The notes under the pieces are model-generated. The model saw only the letters and a list, made by a program, of their open reading frames with translations. It had not been told where the DNA came from and did not search any database. The translations under genes and the position numbers were made by a program. Positions 53,899 to 62,368 of a stretch of DNA of 64,000 nt are shown here, one piece after another; position 1 is the first letter of the stretch; each line of letters starts with the position of its first letter. Where the stretch lies: the sequence record KT919972.1; one strand, 5' to 3'.

Positions 53899-54722
53899 TG
53901 GAAATTGAAATCGAACGTAAATGGCTAGTTACTGGCGAACAATATCGCGAATTTGTAAACTGGCTGAGCTATCGTGACAGCGACATCACGAGGATGAACA
54001 TATATCAACGTTATTTCAAGAAAAATGAAATCGCTTTTATTGATGGTTCGTTTTACATCAACAGTCGAGTGAAAGCACATCGCGGTTATCTAATCAAAGC
54101 ACCGAAAGATTGCCCTGACTTAACTGGCGTGAATCTACGTAAGCTCGGTGCCCGTATGCGTCGAACTGTGCATGAAGATTCATCTGAAAGTCTTGAATTC
54201 ACTATCAAGTTACCTCACGGTGACGGAATTTCAAAGCGTGAAATCAACATTCCACTAGAGTCTGGTTATACAGATTTGATCGTTGATGCGATTGAGAAAG
54301 ATGACAAGCTCAATCACAATACAACTGAAGTGACACCAACTGGTTTGATTAAAAAAGTTCGTTGGTCTGGTGAAGTTGATGACGTGCATTATGACGCTGA
54401 TCGATTCACCAATCGCCCGTTTTACATCATCGAAGCTGAATTCAATAACGAAGAAGATGCAGATGCATTCGTCGCGCCTTTTGAGTTCATTCGAGAAGTA
54501 ACCGAAGATAAACGTTTCAGCAACAAGCGCATGGCATGGAATCACGATGTCGCAGACGGTTTGGTTAATAACATTCGCATGTATATCGAGAAGCTTGAGA
54601 AAGAAGCGCAAGCATTGCGAGGCGACACGCTAGTTTCAATGCGCGAAAGCGTAACGAACGAAATCATGGCAGAAAATTACGAGAAAATTGCTCGTGACTT
54701 AAAACACATTGTAGGTGCGTAA
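53898..54722 (+). CDS. CYTH-domain (triphosphate tunnel metalloenzyme) protein
   Basis: EIEIERKW (ExExK), R.RR, TIK, RE.N, IKKVR, D.D.F, IIEAEF, EVT.D.R.SN. Confidence 0.85.
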   Translation: MEIEIERKWLVTGEQYREFVNWLSYRDSDITRMNIYQRYFKKNEIAFIDGSFYINSRVKAHRGYLIKAPKDCPDLTGVNLRKLGARMRRTVHEDSSESLEFTIKLPHGDGISKREINIPLESGYTDLIVDAIEKDDKLNHNTTEVTPTGLIKKVRWSGEVDDVHYDADRFTNRPFYIIEAEFNNEEDADAFVAPFEFIREVTEDKRFSNKRMAWNHDVADGLVNNIRMYIEKLEKEAQALRGDTLVSMRESVTNEIMAENYEKIARDLKHIVGA

Positions 54723-55204
54723 TGAAAGTATATGCAATTCACATTAACAATTTAACAACTGGTATGATGTGCGGTTCATCAATCGCACAGGGATGTTTCA
54801 ATCTAATCGTAGACCGATTACCAGCCGAAGCAGTATATGAACGCCACGGGCGCTTTCTAATCAGCAACACAGACGGTGTTTGGCGTCACTTTACAATCGG
54901 CGAGCAAGGTGGGTTTGCGGGTCGCACATTCAAACTACGAATGAAAGGTGGTACTGTATTCAAGAACAAAGGTTATCACTATGAAGAATTCAAAGGTAAT
55001 CTTTGGGATACCGCTGCGGGTTTGCAGAAGTGCATGGAACTTGCAGGCGGGCCATTGATGAGCGTTTCACTGCGACCAGATCATGAAAACGGCTGTTTCA
55101 TTGGCGGGTATTACTTTAGTCAAGAGGAAATCTTACTGAAGTTCAGCCACTTGATTCGTTTCGCATCACCGACACAAAACAAAGCAATTACATTTGGTGA
55201 GTAA
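54722..55204 (+). CDS. Hypothetical protein
   Basis: GGFAGR.F..GNLWD pattern. Confidence 0.7.
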   Translation: MKVYAIHINNLTTGMMCGSSIAQGCFNLIVDRLPAEAVYERHGRFLISNTDGVWRHFTIGEQGGFAGRTFKLRMKGGTVFKNKGYHYEEFKGNLWDTAAGLQKCMELAGGPLMSVSLRPDHENGCFIGGYYFSQEEILLKFSHLIRFASPTQNKAITFGE

Positions 55205-55738
55205 ATGAATAGTCATAGAGCAGAAATCATCGCGTTGAAAAGGCGAGTATCTAAGCTTGAAGATCTAGTGAAAACTCTCATGCAACGTGACGTTACACCC
55301 CGTAACGTTTCAGAACTAGACGAAGATGAAGAGTTTATTTCTCTTCATCCCGTCGATGACATGTTCGATATGTTCAGAATCAAACGCGAGTTGTTGCAAA
55401 AGATGACACAGCCATCAGAGCGTTATCTAAAAATCACATTTGATAACTACCCTGACGTAGCGAGACACAAAGTGTATCAGAATCATCTAATGGTAGATGT
55501 TGGTATGTCATACGCGGAACGTAAGAAACTTGCAAAGACTCGTTACATGATTGCCGATGAAATGTCAATTGGTGATGAGTTTGAATGCCCTGGGTGTGGT
55601 GAGAAAGTTATCAAGAAATCTTATCAACATCGTTTCTGTGGCGTGAAGAAGCAAGGTCAGAGCAATTGCAAAGACTTTATCAACAATTGGTTTAACCCGA
55701 AGCGTTTAGAACGCACGCTAAAATGGTTGGAGTCATGA
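55205..55738 (+). CDS. Hypothetical protein with C-terminal Zn finger
   Basis: CPGCG..KKSYQHRFC..C. Confidence 0.7.
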   Translation: MNSHRAEIIALKRRVSKLEDLVKTLMQRDVTPRNVSELDEDEEFISLHPVDDMFDMFRIKRELLQKMTQPSERYLKITFDNYPDVARHKVYQNHLMVDVGMSYAERKKLAKTRYMIADEMSIGDEFECPGCGEKVIKKSYQHRFCGVKKQGQSNCKDFINNWFNPKRLERTLKWLES

Positions 55739-55974
55739 TGAAAATCAGATTTATTGAACTAGAAAATGGCTACGGTAAAAAAGTATATCAAATTCAAGAA
55801 AAGGTTTGGTATTGGCCATTCTGGACAACCGTAACTAAACCAAATGGTTACGGCGGTAGTTATGTCGTTGAGAGGGATAATGTCGAAGCACTTGTTGAGT
55901 TCTTGCAACTAGAAGAGCGAAAAGAACGCAGAAAAGCGCGAAAGTTTAGAAAGGTAGTAGGGACTTATGATTAA
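55735..55974 (+). CDS. Hypothetical protein
   Basis: Y.IQEK.W.WPFW pattern. Confidence 0.65.
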   Translation: MMKIRFIELENGYGKKVYQIQEKVWYWPFWTTVTKPNGYGGSYVVERDNVEALVEFLQLEERKERRKARKFRKVVGTYD

Positions 55975-56317
55975 TTTGATAACACAATTCTTTTCGAAGA
56001 AGCACTGGAAAGTCATAGGTCGTTCTGAAAACATAGATCTGTGGACAGTAACAGATCGCAAACCACAAGTGAAGTGTCGCTTGCTATTAAAAGAAGACCA
56101 ATTCGGTAATCGAGATTACGAGCTAGACATGCTCGACGATTCGAAATTGAATTATAATTCACATACTCGCTACTTAATGATCGAACAAATCATCCCGCGT
56201 GAGTATGTTCAAAAGTTCTTGAAAGGTTGGTCAGTCGATAAAATCAACCGCATTTACGGTAAAACTGTCTTTACCATAGAGAAAACACCATACGAGTCTT
56301 TCAAAGACTGGCGCTAA
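55967..56317 (+). CDS. Hypothetical protein (paralog of 59191-59619)
   Basis: WKV..KCRLLL..D..R. Confidence 0.7.
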   Translation: MINLITQFFSKKHWKVIGRSENIDLWTVTDRKPQVKCRLLLKEDQFGNRDYELDMLDDSKLNYNSHTRYLMIEQIIPREYVQKFLKGWSVDKINRIYGKTVFTIEKTPYESFKDWR

Positions 56318-56321
56318 TAAC

Positions 56322-56345
56322 AGCCCCTTGTTCGGGGCTTTTTTT
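56322..56345 (+). terminator. Intrinsic terminator
   Basis: AGCCCC-TTGTTC-GGGGCT-T6; followed by AGGTCTGAAGAAAA as after 35910. Confidence 0.88.
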
Positions 56346-56367
56346 AGGTCTGAAGAAAATTAATCAA

Positions 56368-56440
56368 AAAAAGTTCTTGACGAGTGTTTAGAATTTACCT
56401 ATTATGTGTCTATCGAAACGAAACACAGAAAGAGAAAATT
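56368..56440 (+). promoter_or_regulatory. Early promoter/leader cassette
   Basis: TTGACG-17-TATTAT; ATCGAAACGAAAC..GAGAAAATT-ATG. Confidence 0.82.
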
Positions 56441-56770
56441 ATGACAAAAATTACTATGACAAGCGATATTCACTTCGGTCACGCTTCTGTATCATCAAAT
56501 GATTTAGTGACTAAGCTGTTCAAAGAAGTACTGCGTAGTAACAACGTTGGTTATGGCAAGCTTTACCGCGAGAAACGCACGTCAACGCATCGTAGCAACA
56601 TTTCGGGTAAGAGCGTACGATTCGTCGGGATACGTCTTTCTGTCCCTGAGAAGACGATACAGAAGATTCTACGCGAGTTTAACAACATGCTTCCAAATGA
56701 CTATGTTGCCGAGTACAACAAGCCGTGGTGTCGTTATGCACATGCATCATTTCAAATTTTTAAGAAGTAG
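56441..56770 (+). CDS. Basic hypothetical protein
   Basis: 109 aa from cassette ATG. Confidence 0.7.
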   Translation: MTKITMTSDIHFGHASVSSNDLVTKLFKEVLRSNNVGYGKLYREKRTSTHRSNISGKSVRFVGIRLSVPEKTIQKILREFNNMLPNDYVAEYNKPWCRYAHASFQIFKK

Positions 56771-56773
56771 ATT

Positions 56774-57121
56774 ATGATTAAAAAAGACGTTAGTCGCCTT
56801 ACTGTAGGCGACATTACAGACGATACATTCTGGAATAGAACTGAATGTCTTAAAGAAGGCAAGTACTTACTAACTGGCGTTCAGAAAAACGGTGAAAAAT
56901 TACCCGAATACGAGCACGACGATCTAGAACATATTGTCGCAGTCGTCGAACAGTCGATTTTAGATCGAAGCAGTGGTTCTTACATGCGCCAGTTCAATCG
57001 TCACATTGTGATTGAGTCATCTGAAAATGTATTGCACGTTCGTCTCGGTTACGGTTCAAAAGATAATCGTTCACCAGGTAATTATCTTCACGAAATTAAA
57101 ATAGAGGTTAAAAATGACTAA
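56774..57121 (+). CDS. Hypothetical protein
   Basis: 115 aa. Confidence 0.65.
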   Translation: MIKKDVSRLTVGDITDDTFWNRTECLKEGKYLLTGVQKNGEKLPEYEHDDLEHIVAVVEQSILDRSSGSYMRQFNRHIVIESSENVLHVRLGYGSKDNRSPGNYLHEIKIEVKND

Positions 57122-57596
57122 AGGTTGGTCTGATTACGAGCTTGAAGGTCGCTCGAAGCCAAAAGACCCTGAGCGTCACAAAATGCAAGACTCAGTTGAT
57201 GAAATGTGTCGTATAATGAAAGAAGAACATGAACGTTTTTCAGTTTCAACGCACACGGTCGAATTCGATAACGGTATCGAATTGTGGCGCAGTGATATGA
57301 AACGTATCTGGGCAGGTCGTTCTTCGCAGATTGTATTTACTGAATCGCAAGCACGACAATTACGTGATGCGTTTGTAATCGGCATGAAAACGAAAAAAAC
57401 ACAAGCGCAAGAAGAGATTGAACGTCGATTTTTGCCTCGCGAACCTGAAGAAGAATCACTTCGTTCTGAAGAAGATTCACTTCGTTCTGAAGAAGATTCA
57501 CTTCGTTCACAAAAAGAGCGTGATCGCGGTATCGGTGTAGTAGTTCTCGGTGAAACTAAGAAAAAAGACAAGAAATGGTGGGAGTTTTGGAAATGA
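57114..57596 (+). CDS. Hypothetical protein with 7-aa tandem repeat and KKWWEFWK tail
   Basis: EE[ED]SLRS x3. Confidence 0.75.
   Translation: MTKGWSDYELEGRSKPKDPERHKMQDSVDEMCRIMKEEHERFSVSTHTVEFDNGIELWRSDMKRIWAGRSSQIVFTESQARQLRDAFVIGMKTKKTQAQEEIERRFLPREPEEESLRSEEDSLRSEEDSLRSQKERDRGIGVVVLGETKKKDKKWWEFWK
57447..57509 (+). repeat. 21-bp tandem repeat x3 (in frame)
   Basis: GAAGAAGA[A/T]TCACTTCGTTC[T/A] at 57447, 57468, 57489. Confidence 0.95.
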
Positions 57597-58057
57597 AATC
57601 ACAAGATGAAATGACACGACAAGCTATGCGTGTAAGAGCCGCAGTCGGCTTATTCGATACTGAAATTCGCTTTCAAGATGCGTTAAACGATGATTTATCT
57701 TATCATGGACAGCGTGTGATGTCTGCGCTACCAGAAAACATTCAATTCATGTGGCAGAAACGCGACGAATTGAACGACAAAATCCTAGCTGAGGTCAGTC
57801 GTGTTGAAAAACAAATTGACAAGACGCTATGCGAAATCAACGATCCGTTACATGCAATCGGGAAATATGTAGCGAAGAAATCAGGCAAGCCGTTTAAAGG
57901 CGGCGAAGATATTGTCAAAGTGACTGGTATTACAAAGCACCCGTACACTGAAGGTTATGCGTTTACTTACAACTACTCTGAAGACAACGGTCAACTTGCA
58001 CAATCATACATTCACACGGCGATGGTAATCATCAACTATCCGAATTTAAACCTATGA
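57593..58057 (+). CDS. Hypothetical protein
   Basis: IGK.V.KKSGKPFK..V.G...HPYT...AF motif. Confidence 0.75.
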   Translation: MKSQDEMTRQAMRVRAAVGLFDTEIRFQDALNDDLSYHGQRVMSALPENIQFMWQKRDELNDKILAEVSRVEKQIDKTLCEINDPLHAIGKYVAKKSGKPFKGGEDIVKVTGITKHPYTEGYAFTYNYSEDNGQLAQSYIHTAMVIINYPNLNL

Positions 58058-58524
58058 TTATTTACGAAAACGGTCTACCAGTTAATAAATCAAAACCCAA
58101 ACAAGAGAGTAAAACAATGTTAGAAAAAGTAAATGAATTTGTAAAAGCAAAGCCACTTGTATCACTTTTAATCGCAGTTGCACTAGGTGTAGTCGGTACT
58201 AAAGTGATTCAGTCAGACCCGTTAGCTGAAAAGCCGCTACTAAAATACCGCGTTGTATACGAATACAACAAAGACTACGGTCGCGATTGTGGTGAATTAG
58301 GTAATGGTTACTACTGGTACACTCAAGAACTCAACGAAGGTATTATCTTCGATCACTGGGAGCCAAGTGGTTGGTGTGATGAAACAGAATCAGGTGCACG
58401 CGCTTTAGCTGAATCAGCTATCAAAAATCGCATCGAAACAGAGAACTCAAAGAAACGAGTTTATCAAGCATGGGCAACTAAGGAAGACTCGGTACGATTC
58501 GAGGCTCTAAAGGTGATTGAATGA
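58054..58524 (+). CDS. Membrane-anchored hypothetical protein
   Basis: Single TM segment. Confidence 0.7.
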   Translation: MIIYENGLPVNKSKPKQESKTMLEKVNEFVKAKPLVSLLIAVALGVVGTKVIQSDPLAEKPLLKYRVVYEYNKDYGRDCGELGNGYYWYTQELNEGIIFDHWEPSGWCDETESGARALAESAIKNRIETENSKKRVYQAWATKEDSVRFEALKVIE

Positions 58525-58850
58525 TCTCATTAACAACTTTACTTGCACTGTTCGCAGTGCATTTCATTGCGGATTTCTTCGTACAGACAGAACATCAAGC
58601 GTTAAACAAAAGCAAAAACATGTGGCCATTAGCAAGACACTGTATCACGTATGCAATCTGTTTCTTGCCATTCGGTATCGTGTTTGCAATATTAACTGGT
58701 ATGTTGCACATGGTCGTTGATTACGCGACTTCGAGAATGACAAGCTCACTCTGGGCGAAAGGTGAAACTCGTAAGTTCTTCCAAGTCATTGGCTTTGACC
58801 AGTTCTTACATGCAGCTAGTTTGGTAACGATGTACGTTATTTTAAATTAA
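58521..58850 (+). CDS. DUF3307-like membrane protein
   Basis: HFIADFFVQ..K..H..Y..HMVVDY..DQFLH. Confidence 0.8.
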   Translation: MISLTTLLALFAVHFIADFFVQTEHQALNKSKNMWPLARHCITYAICFLPFGIVFAILTGMLHMVVDYATSRMTSSLWAKGETRKFFQVIGFDQFLHAASLVTMYVILN

Positions 58851-58852
58851 TT

Positions 58853-58932
58853 GAAAAAGTGGTTGCGCTATGCAGCCACTTTTATTATTATAGTCACATC
58901 AGCTAACGAGTTAAACAAAAAGAGAGAACATT
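58853..58932 (+). promoter_or_regulatory. Terminator/promoter/leader cassette
   Basis: AAGTGGTTGC..GCAGCCACTT hairpin; TTGCGC-17-TATTAT; GAGAGAACATT-ATG. Confidence 0.85.
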
Positions 58933-59181
58933 ATGAAAATCAATCTTCGCAAACTTCTAATGTGGTGGGACGAAAACGAGAAAGTAGCAGACGAGTTCAC
59001 CAACTTCGTTCTTGAATATGCAATGAAAGCTGGAAATGACAACTTCGTATCAGACTACGCACGTGTTCTACGTGAATCTGGCAAGTACACTGTACCAAAT
59101 CTAGCAGACTTAGAATCTCTTCTTCGTCATGCAGGTCTTAACACTGAGTTTGATGGTCGTCATACTCGCATCGTTCTATAA
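58933..59181 (+). CDS. Hypothetical protein
   Basis: 82 aa from cassette ATG. Confidence 0.75.
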   Translation: MKINLRKLLMWWDENEKVADEFTNFVLEYAMKAGNDNFVSDYARVLRESGKYTVPNLADLESLLRHAGLNTEFDGRHTRIVL

Positions 59182-59190
59182 GAGGTCAAT

Positions 59191-59619
59191 ATGTTAAAGA
59201 AACTGTTGAAAAAAATATTTCCTGATCGTGAATGGAAAGTAGCAGCTTACACAGAACAGAAATCATTCGAAGTGTCTAGTTCATTTACATTTAAAGGAAC
59301 GATCAAATGCCGTGCAGTTGTGTTAGTAGACAAGCATGATAGACGACAGGTCAGAGTCGTATTCGATGAGTACGATTATGGTCGCGAAATATCACCGTAC
59401 AACGAGAATTTGATTAGCAAGATTTTAAAGAACAGCAGTCTTGAATTGATTCGAAGCTCTATAAGTACTCGCAAGCTGAATAGCTATGACGGATTCAATC
59501 TATGCGAACATCATGAAGCATTCTACGATTGGGACACATTCAAAAACGACTTTATCTACGGTGAATTTGATTTGAACGGAAAATCAATCGAGAAGAGCGA
59601 AGCGACAGAAATCGATTAG
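59191..59619 (+). CDS. Hypothetical protein (paralog of 55967-56317)
   Basis: WKV..KCRAVV..D..R. Confidence 0.7.
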   Translation: MLKKLLKKIFPDREWKVAAYTEQKSFEVSSSFTFKGTIKCRAVVLVDKHDRRQVRVVFDEYDYGREISPYNENLISKILKNSSLELIRSSISTRKLNSYDGFNLCEHHEAFYDWDTFKNDFIYGEFDLNGKSIEKSEATEID

Positions 59620-59689
59620 GCGGAAAAATTCCGTCTCATCTTAGTAGTATTAGTGGTTTTAGTGAAGTTAGAGATATTAGGAGTATTAG
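59620..59689. repeat. Hairpin + 6xTTAG (9-bp period) element, copy 2
   Basis: TTAG at 59641, 59650, 59659, 59668, 59677, 59686. Confidence 0.9.
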
Positions 59690-59690
59690 A

Positions 59691-60392
59691 GTGAAGAAAT
59701 CAATTCTCGTGGCAGTTACAGTCGCAGTACTGGCAGGTTGTGGTGAAAGACCACAGCTTGAAACTAAAACTGGTAAAAAATTCACGACTGTAAATGCAGT
59801 TGTGAATAAAAAAGAGCGTGAAATGATCAACTACTGGCTGGCAGATGCTGACGCTAGTAACTATCTGTATAACCCATTGTGGACTGCTCTTGCCACTCGT
59901 AACAAATACGGTTCTAACGCGGTACGACGTTCAGACGATGAAATCCCTTTCTGTGATGTGATTGCATCACTTGTCGAAGCCGAAGAAGGAATTCGCAGTA
60001 CATACGAACGCACGATGAGTAACCAGTGGCGAACGCAGTATGGTATTAGTTTGAGTGAGCAATGTAATTACGATGCTCCTGAATCTCTTGAAGAGAAGGC
60101 AAAACGCATTGAAAAACTTGAAATGCAAGCTGATTTGAACCAACGCGAGAAAAACGCATTGTCAGGCAACATCAACAATATGAATGATGTCCAAGACGCG
60201 ACAATTGAGCTGCTAGACCCGCATGAGTATGACTATCTCATCGAGTCTGCACGCGACTGCAATCGAGCGAAAACAAAACTGCTTGAGTTAACTCAAGTCG
60301 GTAAACCGTTAACTCAAGCTGACGGTTCTGAAGCGCGTAAGTTGATAATCGAGTGTAAAATGCACAAACTTGAAGTTGAATTAAACAAGTGA
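59691..60392 (+). CDS. Putative lipoprotein
   Basis: GTG start; lipobox LAG/C. Confidence 0.7.
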   Translation: MKKSILVAVTVAVLAGCGERPQLETKTGKKFTTVNAVVNKKEREMINYWLADADASNYLYNPLWTALATRNKYGSNAVRRSDDEIPFCDVIASLVEAEEGIRSTYERTMSNQWRTQYGISLSEQCNYDAPESLEEKAKRIEKLEMQADLNQREKNALSGNINNMNDVQDATIELLDPHEYDYLIESARDCNRAKTKLLELTQVGKPLTQADGSEARKLIIECKMHKLEVELNK

Positions 60393-60399
60393 GAAAAAC

Positions 60400-61170
60400 A
60401 TGTTAAGAACGAATACCGCAATTGAAGAACTAAAGATCAAAATGCACCCCTTTGACCGCGTGGCGAATTCAGCGAACGACGATAGCTCAGTTCGCGATTG
60501 GCGACAATGCCCTGACGTTATGAACGATAATATCTTGAAGAACTCGATATTACCGTCGTGGATTATTCGTGAGTTTCACTGGCGTGACTATGCATTCAAT
60601 CAACCGTCAATTAGCAATCTACCAGTCGAATATAAAACTGAAAGTGGTGAAGTTGGTCGATGTCAATCACACTATCTCGGCGAGCTTGATTCGTGTAAGT
60701 CATGGCGCCCTGATCTATCTTCGTTAAACGCTCAGTACATTGACGCAACAGACGTAGATAAAGCATTGTGCGAGTTACAAGCCATTGATGTATTTTCACC
60801 GTCTGAGGGGTTTGAAGAAGGTCGAACTGAACCTATTAACAACACTCATCATGGCATTACCGATCTTGAGCTTGAAGAAGCACTTGTCGAAGCTGAACTA
60901 GAATCAGCCATTGAAACAAGTCAGCAAAATTCTGACGTAGAACATGTTTATTACATGGACGAAAAGTATTATATTATAGGTGATGATCCGTTCGATGATG
61001 ATTACTGTTATGCGTTGTCTAGTAACAAGCATCCTCAGAGAATTGCAAAATCACAGATTGTAACGGCAGAACAGTACAAAGAAGCTGAAGTGTTGTCACA
61101 CCAATTCCCTAGAATGTTTAAACCACAAGACTACGCCAAGCTTGTAAAATACATTCGTGAAAACGGTTAA
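60400..61170 (+). CDS. Acidic hypothetical protein
   Basis: 256 aa. Confidence 0.7.
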   Translation: MLRTNTAIEELKIKMHPFDRVANSANDDSSVRDWRQCPDVMNDNILKNSILPSWIIREFHWRDYAFNQPSISNLPVEYKTESGEVGRCQSHYLGELDSCKSWRPDLSSLNAQYIDATDVDKALCELQAIDVFSPSEGFEEGRTEPINNTHHGITDLELEEALVEAELESAIETSQQNSDVEHVYYMDEKYYIIGDDPFDDDYCYALSSNKHPQRIAKSQIVTAEQYKEAEVLSHQFPRMFKPQDYAKLVKYIRENG

Positions 61171-61175
61171 TCATG

Positions 61176-61183
61176 TATAAATA
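61176..61183 (+). promoter_or_regulatory. T4-type late promoter
   Basis: Exact TATAAATA upstream of ATG 61211. Confidence 0.8.
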
Positions 61184-61210
61184 CGATTTTAACATGAAAG
61201 GAATAACATA

Positions 61211-61744
61211 ATGGGATTACCATCAACTGGTCCAATATCACTTAATGATGTTCGAATCGAGTTGGACAGACCTAGCGGGTCTATATCGCTAGGTGATGCA
61301 GATGTTCGTGATCTAGCAGAGAGACCAAGTGGGTCTATATCATTGGGAGATCTTAGAGGTAAATCTGCATTCTCGCATACTATAGTTCGAGGGTTGTTGT
61401 ATCGTTTTGGTGAACCTCGTTCTTCTGGTTGGGGTTATGCGAAAAATAGTACTAACTTCGAAAACGCAGGTTCGTTGAGTCCTACTACTATTGGTGGTAG
61501 AAGTGTAACTGACATAGCATACAGCGAAGACCAAATATCAACTGAATCGTTCATTGCATTGTCTTCTGATTTGACGCAATCAACACTGCGAGTTACAACT
61601 GAAAGTGGTACTGTGTTTATATTCAGCCATCGCTCGCCTTCAAAGCGTTTTTACGAGTTGACATCTGGTAATGAATCGCAATGGAAGAGTTTCTTATCGA
61701 CTGCGGTAGGGTCTTCAGCTAAAATTAACATCGAATATTATTAA
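61211..61744 (+). CDS. Late virion protein with tail-adhesin-type N-terminal motif
   Basis: LP..GPISL.DV..EL..SG.ISL.D.DVR.LA..PSG.ISL.DL.GKS N-terminus; Ser/Gly/Thr-rich beta C-domain. Confidence 0.65.
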   Translation: MGLPSTGPISLNDVRIELDRPSGSISLGDADVRDLAERPSGSISLGDLRGKSAFSHTIVRGLLYRFGEPRSSGWGYAKNSTNFENAGSLSPTTIGGRSVTDIAYSEDQISTESFIALSSDLTQSTLRVTTESGTVFIFSHRSPSKRFYELTSGNESQWKSFLSTAVGSSAKINIEYY

Positions 61745-61751
61745 AAAAAGC

Positions 61752-61780
61752 TTGCAATGTGAGAAAAAGAATAATATAAT
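61752..61780 (+). promoter_or_regulatory. sigma70-type early promoter
   Basis: TTGCAA-17-TATAAT. Confidence 0.75.
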
Positions 61781-61807
61781 GTATTCATTCAATAAGAGGA
61801 AGACATT

Positions 61808-62311
61808 ATGAAAAAACTTACTGCACTATCACTATTGCTTTTATCTAGCGTTGCAAGCGCAAATGTATCTACTAACGAACCGACTACGTTCCTTGACGAT
61901 GTTCAGGTTCGATTAGGCGGATGGTCTTATCATCTTTCAGGTGACGGATATTGTCCTGATTTAGCAGATAAATGTAAAACGTCTGTTTTTAAAGAGTACA
62001 ATGAAACAAACAATGCAATTGGTGTTAGATATAAAAATTGGGAAGTTATGACTTTAGAAAACAGCTTCTATGAGCGTAGTTTTGTCGCTGGTTATCACTT
62101 CACATACACACCAAGCAAAGAAATTGACTATGATTTATTTCTTGGTCTAGCGACTGGTTATACTGAAGTTTATGATTTAGGTATTCTACCTGCGATTCAG
62201 CCATCAGTTACTTATTGGGCTACTGATAACTTAGGTGCAGAGCTTGGGTTGTTGATGGGTTCTGATATCTGGGTGCCAGTCGTAACTATGTCATTTAAAG
62301 CTCGTTTTTAA
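61808..62311 (+). CDS. Small outer-membrane beta-barrel protein (PagP-like)
   Basis: Signal peptide ASA/; GGWSYH, YNE.N..IG, NSFY, GLATGY, alternating beta strands, C-terminal Phe. Confidence 0.7.
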   Translation: MKKLTALSLLLLSSVASANVSTNEPTTFLDDVQVRLGGWSYHLSGDGYCPDLADKCKTSVFKEYNETNNAIGVRYKNWEVMTLENSFYERSFVAGYHFTYTPSKEIDYDLFLGLATGYTEVYDLGILPAIQPSVTYWATDNLGAELGLLMGSDIWVPVVTMSFKARF

Positions 62312-62368
62312 TGACACTTACACTCGAACATTCGAGAAACTTTAACAGCATAAAATGGGAGCCATACA

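Noticed and set aside
61808-62311. Assigning gene symbol pagP
   Set aside because: Barrel pattern is suggestive but catalytic residues and topology cannot be confirmed by eye.
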